Source of the DNA: a virus
Direction: 5' to 3' (one strand)
IMG/VR virus record: IMGVR_UViG_3300033149_003115
Location: 49,898-113,897 of that record
Length of the DNA: 64,000 nucleotides
Positions 39,306 to 48,658 of this stretch are shown piece by piece. The notes below the pieces were generated by a model. That model was not told where the DNA came from. It saw only the letters and a list, made by a program, of their open reading frames with translations, and ran no database searches. Positions within the stretch are counted from its first letter, which is position 1; each line of letters starts with the position of its first letter. The position numbers and the translations under genes are program-made.

Positions 39306-41342
39306 TTAGAAATCCCTTCTTGTACGGGTAGCTATTATCAGATCAGCTAAGAAGTCATGATCCTGCTTAGCCTTCTCTATCAGCTCCTCCTTAGGTGGAG
39401 CAGATTGCTCTTTCCTCTCAGGCTCGGACTGAGCTGGCTTGTTACCATCCTCACTCCTTTCCTCTGATGGAGATTCCTCTTCATTCTCATTAGCATCGGG
39501 TTTAGGAGCCTCATCCTCCTCAGCTGGTTTGTCCTCATTCACACCTGGGCTCTCTGTGTCATCTGAGCCTTCCTCAGATAGCTCAGCTAGCTTGGCTTTC
39601 TTGTACTTAGCATACTTCTTACAGCTGGGGAGATGAGCTAACAGGTCTTTTCTGCTCTTGAACACCTTACCACAGAACTTACATCTGAAGACCTCTTCCA
39701 GTGTCTCCTTGTACATCTCACACTCCTTGTAATGCTCCTCCAGATCATCCACTAGCTCATTACAAAAGACACATCTCTTACGTCTAAGCTCTTCCGTGTC
39801 CTCACTCAGGTCATTGTCCTCCAGATTGTCCTCCTTCTTCTTCTCCTCTTTCTTCTCAGGGTACTTCCCCTCCTCATATTTCCCATATTCCTCTGAATGT
39901 TCTTTATTAAAGTGTTCTATCATTTCCTCCTTGGTGTCAAACTCCTTACCACACACTGGACACTTGACCTTCTCTTCCTTTCCTTCCTCTATGGTCTCTG
40001 GGTGGTCAGTGCCTATTGGTATAATGACTCCCTGGGACTTTGTTTCCTCTGTTTTCCCTCCTTTACTGATGTAATCCTTAGCTTCATCCTCAGTATCAAA
40101 CTGAGCCACTATTTTCCACATACCAAACCCTTTCTTACCAGTAGCCTGGAACACGACGTACTTGTTTCTCACTTTCTTGTAAGCTAGATCCCCCTTCTTT
40201 GGGTTCTCTGGTAACCCAGCCAGATCCTCCTCTGACATCTCAATAATGGGAACAGTTCCCATAGAGTCCTCAGATGCTGATCCTCTTGGGGGTAATAGCT
40301 TGTAAGCATCCTCACCCACCAGCTCAAGTAGCTTCTTAGCCTTCTCCTCACCAAAATGAGCTATTAGTCTTTCTCTCTCCGTCCTGGGTCCTGATCCCTC
40401 TGTGTCATCTGACTTCTCATAATAAGGATAATAGTAGGGGTAATAGGGGTAATAGTAATAATGTGGTACTGGGTAGTAGTAGTATCCCTTCTTCCTCTTA
40501 ACCCTTTTCTTAGTAGAAGGGTATTTCCCAGGTTGATAGTACTCGTAGATCACTCTCTTTCTCTTCAGAGCTTCAGCTAGGTCCATGAACTCCAGCTCTA
40601 CTTCCTCTACTTCACCATCTTGCTCATCCTCTGGCAACACTGCTACCTTAGGTGTTGATAGCTCAAAATACTCATCACTCACTTCTTTTCTCTCCTCCTT
40701 TAATTCTTTATCATTCTCATTATTAATAACTGTTTCTTTTATTATACCATAATACTTGTATACAGGGGTGTTATCCTCACCCTCGCTTAGTGTCTCTTTA
40801 GAGACTATAACACAAGCCTTACAAGCTGGGTTAGTAGTTAAGGAGTTATCAATAGGCTCATAATCAACCCCTTTCACCAGGGTACCATCGCTTATCTTTC
40901 TAAGCCTAGTCTTCATGCTAGTAGCTGGGAAAGTACCATCCTTAACCAGCTCAACAGCTTTGGGATCCACAACTTCAGCCTCATATAGTATAGCTCCCAG
41001 TGTGTCAGACCACTCCACCCTGGTGTGTTTACCAACATCTTTATCCTTAAACTCATCAGTCTTCTCATGCTCTACCTTGAGAGGTAGCTTAGCCAGCTTG
41101 TCTTTAAACCTCTCGTACATCTTCTTCAGTTCGTCTTTGGTGTAGAGCACTCCATTCCACATCCCCTCAGCTAGCAAAATACCAGATATCTTGATCTTAT
41201 TCTTAAGCTCTTGATCTATTCTGAAATTAGATAAGGTCTGGGTCTCTACATAGCTCAGGGTGACATCCTTAGAGCTAGACACCTGATTTCTTAAATAGGT
41301 ATTTTCAGCTATCAGCTCTTCCAGAATAGAATCATTACTCAT
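39306..41342 (-). CDS. prohead protease/scaffold fusion with Zn fingers
   Basis: LAEGMWNG.LYT.DEL, PLKVEH, ATS, NSLTTNPAC caudoviral protease pattern; acidic low-complexity tail; CPVC..H..H, CVFC, CKFC. Confidence 0.75.
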   Translation of the reverse strand: MSNDSILEELIAENTYLRNQVSSSKDVTLSYVETQTLSNFRIDQELKNKIKISGILLAEGMWNGVLYTKDELKKMYERFKDKLAKLPLKVEHEKTDEFKDKDVGKHTRVEWSDTLGAILYEAEVVDPKAVELVKDGTFPATSMKTRLRKISDGTLVKGVDYEPIDNSLTTNPACKACVIVSKETLSEGEDNTPVYKYYGIIKETVINNENDKELKEERKEVSDEYFELSTPKVAVLPEDEQDGEVEEVELEFMDLAEALKRKRVIYEYYQPGKYPSTKKRVKRKKGYYYYPVPHYYYYPYYPYYYPYYEKSDDTEGSGPRTERERLIAHFGEEKAKKLLELVGEDAYKLLPPRGSASEDSMGTVPIIEMSEEDLAGLPENPKKGDLAYKKVRNKYVVFQATGKKGFGMWKIVAQFDTEDEAKDYISKGGKTEETKSQGVIIPIGTDHPETIEEGKEEKVKCPVCGKEFDTKEEMIEHFNKEHSEEYGKYEEGKYPEKKEEKKKEDNLEDNDLSEDTEELRRKRCVFCNELVDDLEEHYKECEMYKETLEEVFRCKFCGKVFKSRKDLLAHLPSCKKYAKYKKAKLAELSEEGSDDTESPGVNEDKPAEEDEAPKPDANENEEESPSEERSEDGNKPAQSEPERKEQSAPPKEELIEKAKQDHDFLADLIIATRTRRDF

Positions 41343-41376
41343 GTCATATCACTACTACTAAATTACTATCTTGATG

Positions 41377-41390
41377 TTTATAAATTCTTT
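41377..41390 (-). promoter_or_regulatory. BRE/TATA promoter for the head operon
   Basis: On the minus strand AAAGAATTTATAAA, about 35 nt before the 41342 start. Confidence 0.55.
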
Positions 41391-41392
41391 TA

Positions 41393-41716
41393 TTATATGT
41401 AGAACTGTGAAGGCTCATCCTCCTCTTTTTCTAGCTCCAGCTTGGACTGTAGATACTTGGTCCACCTGACATCATTCTCTAAGAACATTACGGCTATGAC
41501 CTTAAACTCCTCAAAGATCCTCTTGAGATCATCCTCACTAAAGGAGTTCATAATAGTGGGGTTATCTAACCAGTATTTCCATCCCTGACAGCTAGAGACT
41601 ATTGCTCTATTACACTTTAGTATGTTAGTGAGGTATTCTAGTCTGTCCCTACTCCTAGACTTCTTGATCCTATTGATCTCTTCTCTTACCTTACCCAGCC
41701 ATTCCTCTATCTTCAT
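41393..41716 (-). CDS. DUF2153-like archaeal protein
   Basis: DRLEY...GWKYWLDNPTIMNSFSEDDL...FLENDVRWT. Confidence 0.7.
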   Translation of the reverse strand: MKIEEWLGKVREEINRIKKSRSRDRLEYLTNILKCNRAIVSSCQGWKYWLDNPTIMNSFSEDDLKRIFEEFKVIAVMFLENDVRWTKYLQSKLELEKEEDEPSQFYI

Positions 41717-41719
41717 TAT

Positions 41720-43642
41720 CTATCCCTCTTTTCTGATCTGAGCATGACCCCATGAGTCCAGTCTATTCTTTTTTATCCATTGAATTGCATCCTTATAAGT
41801 CCATTCTTTACTAAAGGTGACATAAGGTATCCTAGCCTGGTGTATCCTGCCTGGCACTGAGTATAACCCAATCGCTATATCAACCCCTTTGGGGATCTCC
41901 AGATCAGGTAGATATGCTTTGATCTTCTCATCAGGCTCAACCTTGGTAAATCTTCTTAGATCGTATATCCTAACTATGAAGTGATCCCACCCTTTTCTCT
42001 GCTCTATTCTGAGTGGTGAGAATGGTTTACCCTCTCTTGGATCCCCTTCTTTATCAAGTTCATAGTAGAATGACAATAGTGATAGCTCACCAGGTAGCTT
42101 GGACTTCATGAACTCCCATATCCTATCCTTTTTCCTAGCTATATAGAAACCCCTGAGCTTTTTCCCATGTAGCTCCAGTGATAAGAAATTAAGACTATCA
42201 GATAAGAGAGTGACATTGCCATGATCTAGTGTCCTGACTTTGCTCCACACACCAAAAGCTTTCATCTTGGTGCTCTTAGGCTTCACCCTCATCCATTCCA
42301 TGTCATAGCACCTCTTACGAACAGCTCTGATAGGCTCCTCCACTTTTGTAGTTCTGGGATCCTTGTACAAATTAAGCTCTTCCAGGTACTTCTGACCTCC
42401 AAGCTTCCATCTTAGATCCCAGTGTATCTTCCCAGAGTCCATAGGAAACTCATGTTCATCTAAGACAAACACCCCTTTGGTGAGATCCATCTCTTGTGAT
42501 AGCTTCTCAAACACAAAGGTATCTGTACCTTTCTCCTCTTGTCTAATTTCCCACTTACCTTTTAGCTTTCTACCTTTGAAGTTAAGGGAGATAATCTCTA
42601 CTCCCTCTTCTATAGTAGTGTTGTAAGAAGCTTCTCCTCTGTCTATAATGGTATATTTTCCCAATAACCTCTTATTAGGATTAAAGTTAGTGTCTGGTTG
42701 GGTAGGACCCTCGTATGTCAACCATTTCCTACTAGATCTTTCAAGCTCATAAGCAGACATTATCTTGTCTTTAAGAGGGTAACCATCCAGCAGAAAAGTT
42801 CGTACTTTACCACTCCCTTTATCATCTAGTAGCAGGAACCATCTAAACTGAGGCATCTGTCTACCACTTTTAGCCCTAGCTCCAAACCATGATGACAACC
42901 CTAGTGTGAACTTTATACTGGATAGCTCACTAAGCTCTCCTCTCATGTATTTGATCCATCTCTCGTATTCCTTAGGGAAGTTCTTCTTAGCCCATTCCTC
43001 TGGGAAAGGTACAATCCCCTTTGGTGGTTTCCATCCCTTCTTGATACCTCTGGAAATAGCATAAGGTGTTTTGTCCTTAGCCACCATGAATCTCCACATA
43101 CGCTCTGATTTCCCAGTAGGTCTCTTAGTCTTAGGATCAATCTTCTGTACTTTGATAGCTCTAAACACTAATCTAGTCCAGTCCTTCCATGTGTTCCCTT
43201 TTACAAAGTACTCCAGGTAATAGGGTTTCAGAGCACCAAACTTGACCTTCAGTCTGTCTAGTACTCTCATGTGCCCTTCAGCCTCCTCCCCAGCTCCCAC
43301 CTCTCCAGGCTTGAAGGTGAACACCTCCCCTATCTTTAGGTTCTTGAATAACCACTGCTTGGGTTGTATAGCTTTGGTCTCAGCTCTAAATCCCTTCCCT
43401 GGAACCAGCTTGTCCATTGTAGGAGGGTTATCGGTGTTAAATCCCACTATAGCAAAACCTACCAGGTGATCATCAACACTGAACCTAATATCATAATGGG
43501 AGGATCTCCCAATATCATGTCTCTCTATCACTCCTTCAGTGATCTTGTTACCCTTAGGATATTCCAGGTATCTAGATTGTAGATCTATACATACCTTGGG
43601 AGGTACATATAGTTCATCCAACATTTCTTTACTTATCCTCAT
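41720..43642 (-). CDS. multi-domain protein with tandem LigD 3'-phosphoesterase-like domains
   Basis: VIERHDIGRSSHYDIRF and FVLDEHEF...HWDLRW (cf. LigD PE FVVQKH...HYDFRLE); repeated D.G...F.G.KL.G endings. Confidence 0.7.
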   Translation of the reverse strand: MRISKEMLDELYVPPKVCIDLQSRYLEYPKGNKITEGVIERHDIGRSSHYDIRFSVDDHLVGFAIVGFNTDNPPTMDKLVPGKGFRAETKAIQPKQWLFKNLKIGEVFTFKPGEVGAGEEAEGHMRVLDRLKVKFGALKPYYLEYFVKGNTWKDWTRLVFRAIKVQKIDPKTKRPTGKSERMWRFMVAKDKTPYAISRGIKKGWKPPKGIVPFPEEWAKKNFPKEYERWIKYMRGELSELSSIKFTLGLSSWFGARAKSGRQMPQFRWFLLLDDKGSGKVRTFLLDGYPLKDKIMSAYELERSSRKWLTYEGPTQPDTNFNPNKRLLGKYTIIDRGEASYNTTIEEGVEIISLNFKGRKLKGKWEIRQEEKGTDTFVFEKLSQEMDLTKGVFVLDEHEFPMDSGKIHWDLRWKLGGQKYLEELNLYKDPRTTKVEEPIRAVRKRCYDMEWMRVKPKSTKMKAFGVWSKVRTLDHGNVTLLSDSLNFLSLELHGKKLRGFYIARKKDRIWEFMKSKLPGELSLLSFYYELDKEGDPREGKPFSPLRIEQRKGWDHFIVRIYDLRRFTKVEPDEKIKAYLPDLEIPKGVDIAIGLYSVPGRIHQARIPYVTFSKEWTYKDAIQWIKKNRLDSWGHAQIRKEG

Positions 43643-46600
43643 CTATCTATCTCCTCTACCTTATAATCTGATGTAACAATCTTGGGATATGGCTTTCTAT
43701 TATAAGTCTTCATACCATAGTAATACCCCTTCACATACACACATTTGTAGATATTAGCCAAAGGACAGGCTATAGGGTATTTGAGATGCTCTATCTTGAC
43801 CTTGGTTAGCTCTTCATTCCTAGGTTTAATAAATATCTGCTTAAGAGGACATATCCGCTTATCTTCAGAGAATGGACAAGGGGGTAGCCTGATGATGACC
43901 TCAGGTTCTATACTTTCCAGTTCTTCCATAGATAGTGACCTAATATCCTTAGGAGCTGGTCTGGTCCTAAGCTTAGCTATCCTCTCTACTGTAGTCAGAG
44001 TATCAGGTTCGGTCTTGTCAGCTCTTTTCTCTTTAAAGAGAGGAAACATCCAAGTATATTTCATCTTACCATCTTCATTTACATATTTCCTTATTCTAAT
44101 AGGCATTACAGTTATTATATCTCCTCTCTTACACTTGACATCAGTGGCATAAGTCTTCCCTATAATAGCATAGTGTTTACCCCTGTACTCAACCACGTTG
44201 TCCTTCTGGAACTCATTAACTTTATTCTCAGGGATCAAGTATACTGAAATATACATATAGTTACCCATAGGCTCTCCAGTCTTGGTCCTCTTCTTCTCCT
44301 CTTTATCCCACACCATGACATCTATTTCCTTTAGGTTCTTGAGTTTACACATTCTCTCTGAACGGTTTTCTCCTTTGTACTTGATAGGATATAATAAACT
44401 AGCTGCTTTAGCAACCACACCTTCACTACCATTATAGTTCCTCATCTTTCTAACAGCATCTATGAACTCTTTAGGAGTTGTAGCAACTATGGATCTAACC
44501 CTGTCTAGATACCTAGCATCTTTAGGTACCACTTTATCAAGGATCTTAAACCTCTCAGAGTATGGTTTATCCACTAATGTCTCTCCATCTAGATACATTA
44601 TATCATAGAAGACATACACCACCTTATCCTCAAACCCTTCAGGAACTTTACCAGAAGTGATAACAGCTGTGTCCTCTCTCTCCATGAGCGGATACCTGTC
44701 TCTCTTGATCCTAGCTGACTTGACCTTGACATTGCTAGGTATTTTGAAAGCTACCATTTCCCCATCCAGGATACATTCATCACACTTTAGCTTCTCCTTG
44801 ATCTCCTTAACAACATTGGGGAACTGACTAGCTCTGTCCCTTTGTCTATCCTCAGTTATTATTTTCACCATGTCCTTGCTCTTATCAATGTGTAATTGGA
44901 GCCTCCTCCCATCAACCTTCTCCTGAACATATATCCCCTCATCCAGGTATCTCTTAGCCCATTTCTCATACATATCCTGGGGATCAAAGAACTCATATTT
45001 GAAAAACCCTGACTTGGGTTTAAGTCCTATAATTGGTTTACCAACCTTAAGCTTGGTGTTTCTAAGGATGACATTCTTACTGAGGTCTCTATAAGGACCA
45101 AACCCTCTAACAAAGTCATCCTTAGGCACTTTGATCAGCCCATAATGATATGCTGGGTAGCTCATACCTATTGAAGGACCATTAGGGTCAAACACTGGAT
45201 GAATAAGCTTAGCTAACCACGAGGGCTTGATCTCTTTTATAGCTTTTATCACCCTGGGATCTGGGTACTGTCTAAGAACCAAGTCCTGATCATGGGTCTT
45301 GTCAGCTTTACCCTCATTGGCTCTTCTACCAGTGAAGTAAGCTGCCCAGGGTTGTCCTCTGATAGGGATAATAGATGGAGCTGCATTGTAGATATCTTCT
45401 ATAGTGATCTCACCCTCTGGTTCTGGTACATCATCATCCTCTTCTGATAACCCCTTGATTGTTGGGTATTCAGTCACCTCTAACTCTATAGCTTTTTCCA
45501 GGATATTGTCTCCTCTATATTTCTCCCATAGTCCTCTCTTGAACATTTCTATTCCTACAAAAGTGGCACTATCTTGGATGTTCTCAGGTATTCTATTTGG
45601 CTCATCAGCTGTTTCTTTAGCTCTTTCTACTAAGAACTTCCATACATCTACAAGCTCCTTATCCGTTAACTCTTTAACAAATACTATATCAATATCTTCT
45701 ATCCTCATACCTTCAGGTAGCTTCCATCTTAGTTCCTTGCTCTCTTTCCATGGAATCTCCTTACCATATATCTCTATAGCTTTCCTAAACCCCTCAGCTG
45801 CATATTTGGTATATGTCTCTGGTCTGTTGAACTCAAACCCTCTCCTGATCATTTCTGGCAATAGTTTCTTAGCTATAAACCACACCATGTCGTCTTCTTT
45901 CCAGTTCTTGTACTTCTTTCCCTGTCTCATGTTAGAATAATGTCCTAGTGCTAGTCTAAAGTCATCCCCAAGCTGTTTCTTACTTACCTTTCTAGGATCA
46001 TAAGTCTTAATGTCCATGAATAACCAGTCCACAGCTCTATCACAGCTGGTTCTACTTAGATGTTCTAACCCTCTATCTATCATTTCCTTAGCTATCATGA
46101 AATGCATCTCACAGCAATCTGATAGTAGATCTCCACATGAATGGAAATATGCATGATAATACTCCAGATCAGATAAGCTCATACTCCTGGGAGTGATGAT
46201 CTTGATCTTATCATATCCCACAAAGACCTGTGCTCCTCGAGGAACTCTAATAGGCTTAGGAGCTGGAAGCTTGGTGAACTTAAATTCATAAGCATATAGT
46301 TTGTCTTTATCCCTCCACCACTCCCTGTACTCTTCACTTGTTATTCTATGCCTGTCCCTGAGCTTATCAAATTCTTCCTTACTGATCTCTCTAGGCTCTT
46401 CTAGGGATATTATACCATAAAGTAGCTTATTATCTATCAAGTACATATCCTCATTGACATGGGATGTGAACTTCTTAGACTTAACTATCAGGGTCTTCTT
46501 ACCCTTGTAGATCAGATCAGCATGTCTAGGGACCAGGTACAGACATGTCTTGATCCCTGAAGGGAATACCTTAGGAGTTATAGCATCAACATCAGAGGGT

Positions 46601-46920
46601 TTAAGAGCTAGATCAGAGCTCTTAGGCTCTATGTGAAAATGATAATGATCTTTTATCTTCCTATTTTCAAATCTAAGCTTGTACTTGTCATCACCATAGA
46701 CATCTCTACCTATCCTATGAGCATGTTCCATCATCTTGTCAATCATCTCTTTAGGAGGTCTTGTAGTGTGCTCTCTATACACAACCATAGGGACTTTACA
46801 GGTTAAGCAGTCAGCTATCCAGTAACGTGCTTTGTTAGTGAGAAGATCCTCTCTTTTCTCAGGGTAGTACCAATGAGTCTTCTTCTCTGCTTTACATAGA
46901 TCACACTTAGAACTATTCAT
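43639..46920 (-). CDS. polyprotein: HIT-like, ASCH-like, helical repeats, NTase-like and ATP-dependent DNA ligase domains
   Basis: HYHFH; LIYKGKKTLIVK; FTG...HDQDL; ligase motifs QEKVDG, LDGEMV, FYDIMY, EGVVAK; start ATG 46920 with GAGGAG RBS. Confidence 0.85.
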   Translation of the reverse strand: MNSSKCDLCKAEKKTHWYYPEKREDLLTNKARYWIADCLTCKVPMVVYREHTTRPPKEMIDKMMEHAHRIGRDVYGDDKYKLRFENRKIKDHYHFHIEPKSSDLALKPSDVDAITPKVFPSGIKTCLYLVPRHADLIYKGKKTLIVKSKKFTSHVNEDMYLIDNKLLYGIISLEEPREISKEEFDKLRDRHRITSEEYREWWRDKDKLYAYEFKFTKLPAPKPIRVPRGAQVFVGYDKIKIITPRSMSLSDLEYYHAYFHSCGDLLSDCCEMHFMIAKEMIDRGLEHLSRTSCDRAVDWLFMDIKTYDPRKVSKKQLGDDFRLALGHYSNMRQGKKYKNWKEDDMVWFIAKKLLPEMIRRGFEFNRPETYTKYAAEGFRKAIEIYGKEIPWKESKELRWKLPEGMRIEDIDIVFVKELTDKELVDVWKFLVERAKETADEPNRIPENIQDSATFVGIEMFKRGLWEKYRGDNILEKAIELEVTEYPTIKGLSEEDDDVPEPEGEITIEDIYNAAPSIIPIRGQPWAAYFTGRRANEGKADKTHDQDLVLRQYPDPRVIKAIKEIKPSWLAKLIHPVFDPNGPSIGMSYPAYHYGLIKVPKDDFVRGFGPYRDLSKNVILRNTKLKVGKPIIGLKPKSGFFKYEFFDPQDMYEKWAKRYLDEGIYVQEKVDGRRLQLHIDKSKDMVKIITEDRQRDRASQFPNVVKEIKEKLKCDECILDGEMVAFKIPSNVKVKSARIKRDRYPLMEREDTAVITSGKVPEGFEDKVVYVFYDIMYLDGETLVDKPYSERFKILDKVVPKDARYLDRVRSIVATTPKEFIDAVRKMRNYNGSEGVVAKAASLLYPIKYKGENRSERMCKLKNLKEIDVMVWDKEEKKRTKTGEPMGNYMYISVYLIPENKVNEFQKDNVVEYRGKHYAIIGKTYATDVKCKRGDIITVMPIRIRKYVNEDGKMKYTWMFPLFKEKRADKTEPDTLTTVERIAKLRTRPAPKDIRSLSMEELESIEPEVIIRLPPCPFSEDKRICPLKQIFIKPRNEELTKVKIEHLKYPIACPLANIYKCVYVKGYYYGMKTYNRKPYPKIVTSDYKVEEIDR

Positions 46921-47087
46921 AGATACTCCTCTTGAACTAAATAAGAAAGCTATTGACTTATTAATATTCTCATTGCTTATCTTAATCTTTATATGAAGCA
47001 TCTGATATCTATTAGATTGACAAACCTTCAAGGGAAGGTCTTGTTATAAAGTAAACCTAATAAGTATTAGGAGGTAAGTAAGAGAGA

Positions 47088-48047
47088 ATGTCATACTTTA
47101 CTGACAGATGGATCAAGTTCAAAGAGGAGGATAGCTGGGGAGAGTGGGCAACACCTGACACCTTCCCCAACTACTTGCTAGAATGGTCAGCTACCTCTAC
47201 TGAGAATAAGAGTGAGGAGGATCTAATAGGTGGATCCAGGGACTGGAGGAAAAGAGTCTGGTTAGAAGAGGGAGTGGTTGCTAGATGGTTACAGGAGCTA
47301 GTATCAGCTAAGATCTATAAGTATATCCTGGGATCCAGAACTGGTACAGGTGATACGGTATCTCCAAGTTCAAGTACATATTCTCTATCATCCACATTAC
47401 CATCAATAAGTGTCTATAGAGGGTTATACCCTGATGAGTCTGGTGGAACTTTCAGCTTAGGATACTATGGTCTCAAGGTGGATACATCAGAGCTAACCAT
47501 CGAAGAGTCTGGTGATGTCAGATTAGAGCTTAACTTTGCAGGTAGAGGGGTCACAATACCCTCTGCAATATCCAAGCCTACTCTGGACATGGATGTTGAG
47601 GCATTTGCATTTCATCATTCCTCTATTGACATCATCACAAACACTGGGAGCACCTTGTCATGTTCATTGACTCCTAGGTTAGTAATATCCACTAACTCTA
47701 ACCTAACTGCCAGGTATTCAGCTGGATCTGGCTCATATAGACCAACAGAGCTTAGAGAGGGAGCTTTCCAAGTCAGTGGTAGAATAACCATGAGTGGTCA
47801 GCTCAGCTCTATAGCTTCACAGATCATAAACAGAACTGACAACACTATCAAGGCATACCTTAAGAAGGCAGGAAGCACCATCACATTCACACTAAACAAT
47901 GTAACATTTGATGAGCTTCCAGATGAGATACGGGGACTAGAACCAGTAGAGATAGAAATACCCTTTGTGGCTAGACCTGAATCAGGATCAGATGCCCTTA
48001 CTGTTGTTGAGACTTCCACTACAGCTTATGAAGACCTCCCGATCTAG
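47088..48047 (+). CDS. major tail (tube) protein
   Basis: FKEEDSWG N-terminus, S/T-rich, G.KVDTSEL, VSGRIT; precedes chaperone and tape measure. Confidence 0.75.
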   Translation: MSYFTDRWIKFKEEDSWGEWATPDTFPNYLLEWSATSTENKSEEDLIGGSRDWRKRVWLEEGVVARWLQELVSAKIYKYILGSRTGTGDTVSPSSSTYSLSSTLPSISVYRGLYPDESGGTFSLGYYGLKVDTSELTIEESGDVRLELNFAGRGVTIPSAISKPTLDMDVEAFAFHHSSIDIITNTGSTLSCSLTPRLVISTNSNLTARYSAGSGSYRPTELREGAFQVSGRITMSGQLSSIASQIINRTDNTIKAYLKKAGSTITFTLNNVTFDELPDEIRGLEPVEIEIPFVARPESGSDALTVVETSTTAYEDLPI

Positions 48048-48073
48048 GCTTAGGGAGAAAGAGGTGAGCATTA

Positions 48074-48475
48074 ATGGATGAATCTATCATCTCCTTAAAT
48101 GATATACTCGATAACCCATCTAGGGTCTTGGAGGTGAAGGGGATAGGAAACATTATGGTGAGAGATCCCACTACCAAGGACAGATTAGAAGCTAGGGATC
48201 AAGCTAAGAAGGATCCAAGATGGGAGTCCATGAGCCAGGAGGAAAGGTTAGGACTGATTCAAGATCTCATAGCTATCAAAATGATGGTAGAACCTAAGGT
48301 CACCATAGATGATTATTATAATGCCAACAGTGTCAAGCTCATGAACATCATAGATGCTATAGTGATAGACTACACCAAGAGGTTCCAATCCCTGACTAAG
48401 AAGAGAGAGAAGGAGATTAGGGATTTTTTAGAACTCCTGAGGGAAGGCAATCCAGGGAGTTCTACTACATCTTAA
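48074..48475 (+). CDS. tail assembly chaperone (gpG-like)
   Basis: Between tail tube and tape measure; slippery site near its 3' end. Confidence 0.75.
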   Translation: MDESIISLNDILDNPSRVLEVKGIGNIMVRDPTTKDRLEARDQAKKDPRWESMSQEERLGLIQDLIAIKMMVEPKVTIDDYYNANSVKLMNIIDAIVIDYTKRFQSLTKKREKEIRDFLELLREGNPGSSTTS

Positions 48476-48657
48476 AGTCTAATAGCTATGATTTTAAGAA
48501 AGCATCTGAGATATACAAGAGCTTCACTGACATACAGAGACTATGGTTGTCTGTTATGCTGGAGGAGGAGAAGGGACAAGAGAGATCCCAGTACAAGCTA
48601 CAGGAGACAGCTAACAAGGTGTTTGGAGGTAGAGCAAGGAGGAGGAGGATGATATAA
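48424..48657 (+). other. -1 programmed frameshift (T TTT TTA at 48424-48430) giving a gpGT-like extension
   Basis: The -1 frame is open (RTPEGRQSREFYYILK...RRRRMI) to TAA 48657, 1 nt before the tape measure ATG. Confidence 0.85.
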
Positions 48658-48658
48658 A

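Noticed and set aside
46921-47031. N-terminal extension of the ligase ORF in the track
   Set aside because: AT-rich divergent promoter region; better start at ATG 46920 with GAGGAG RBS
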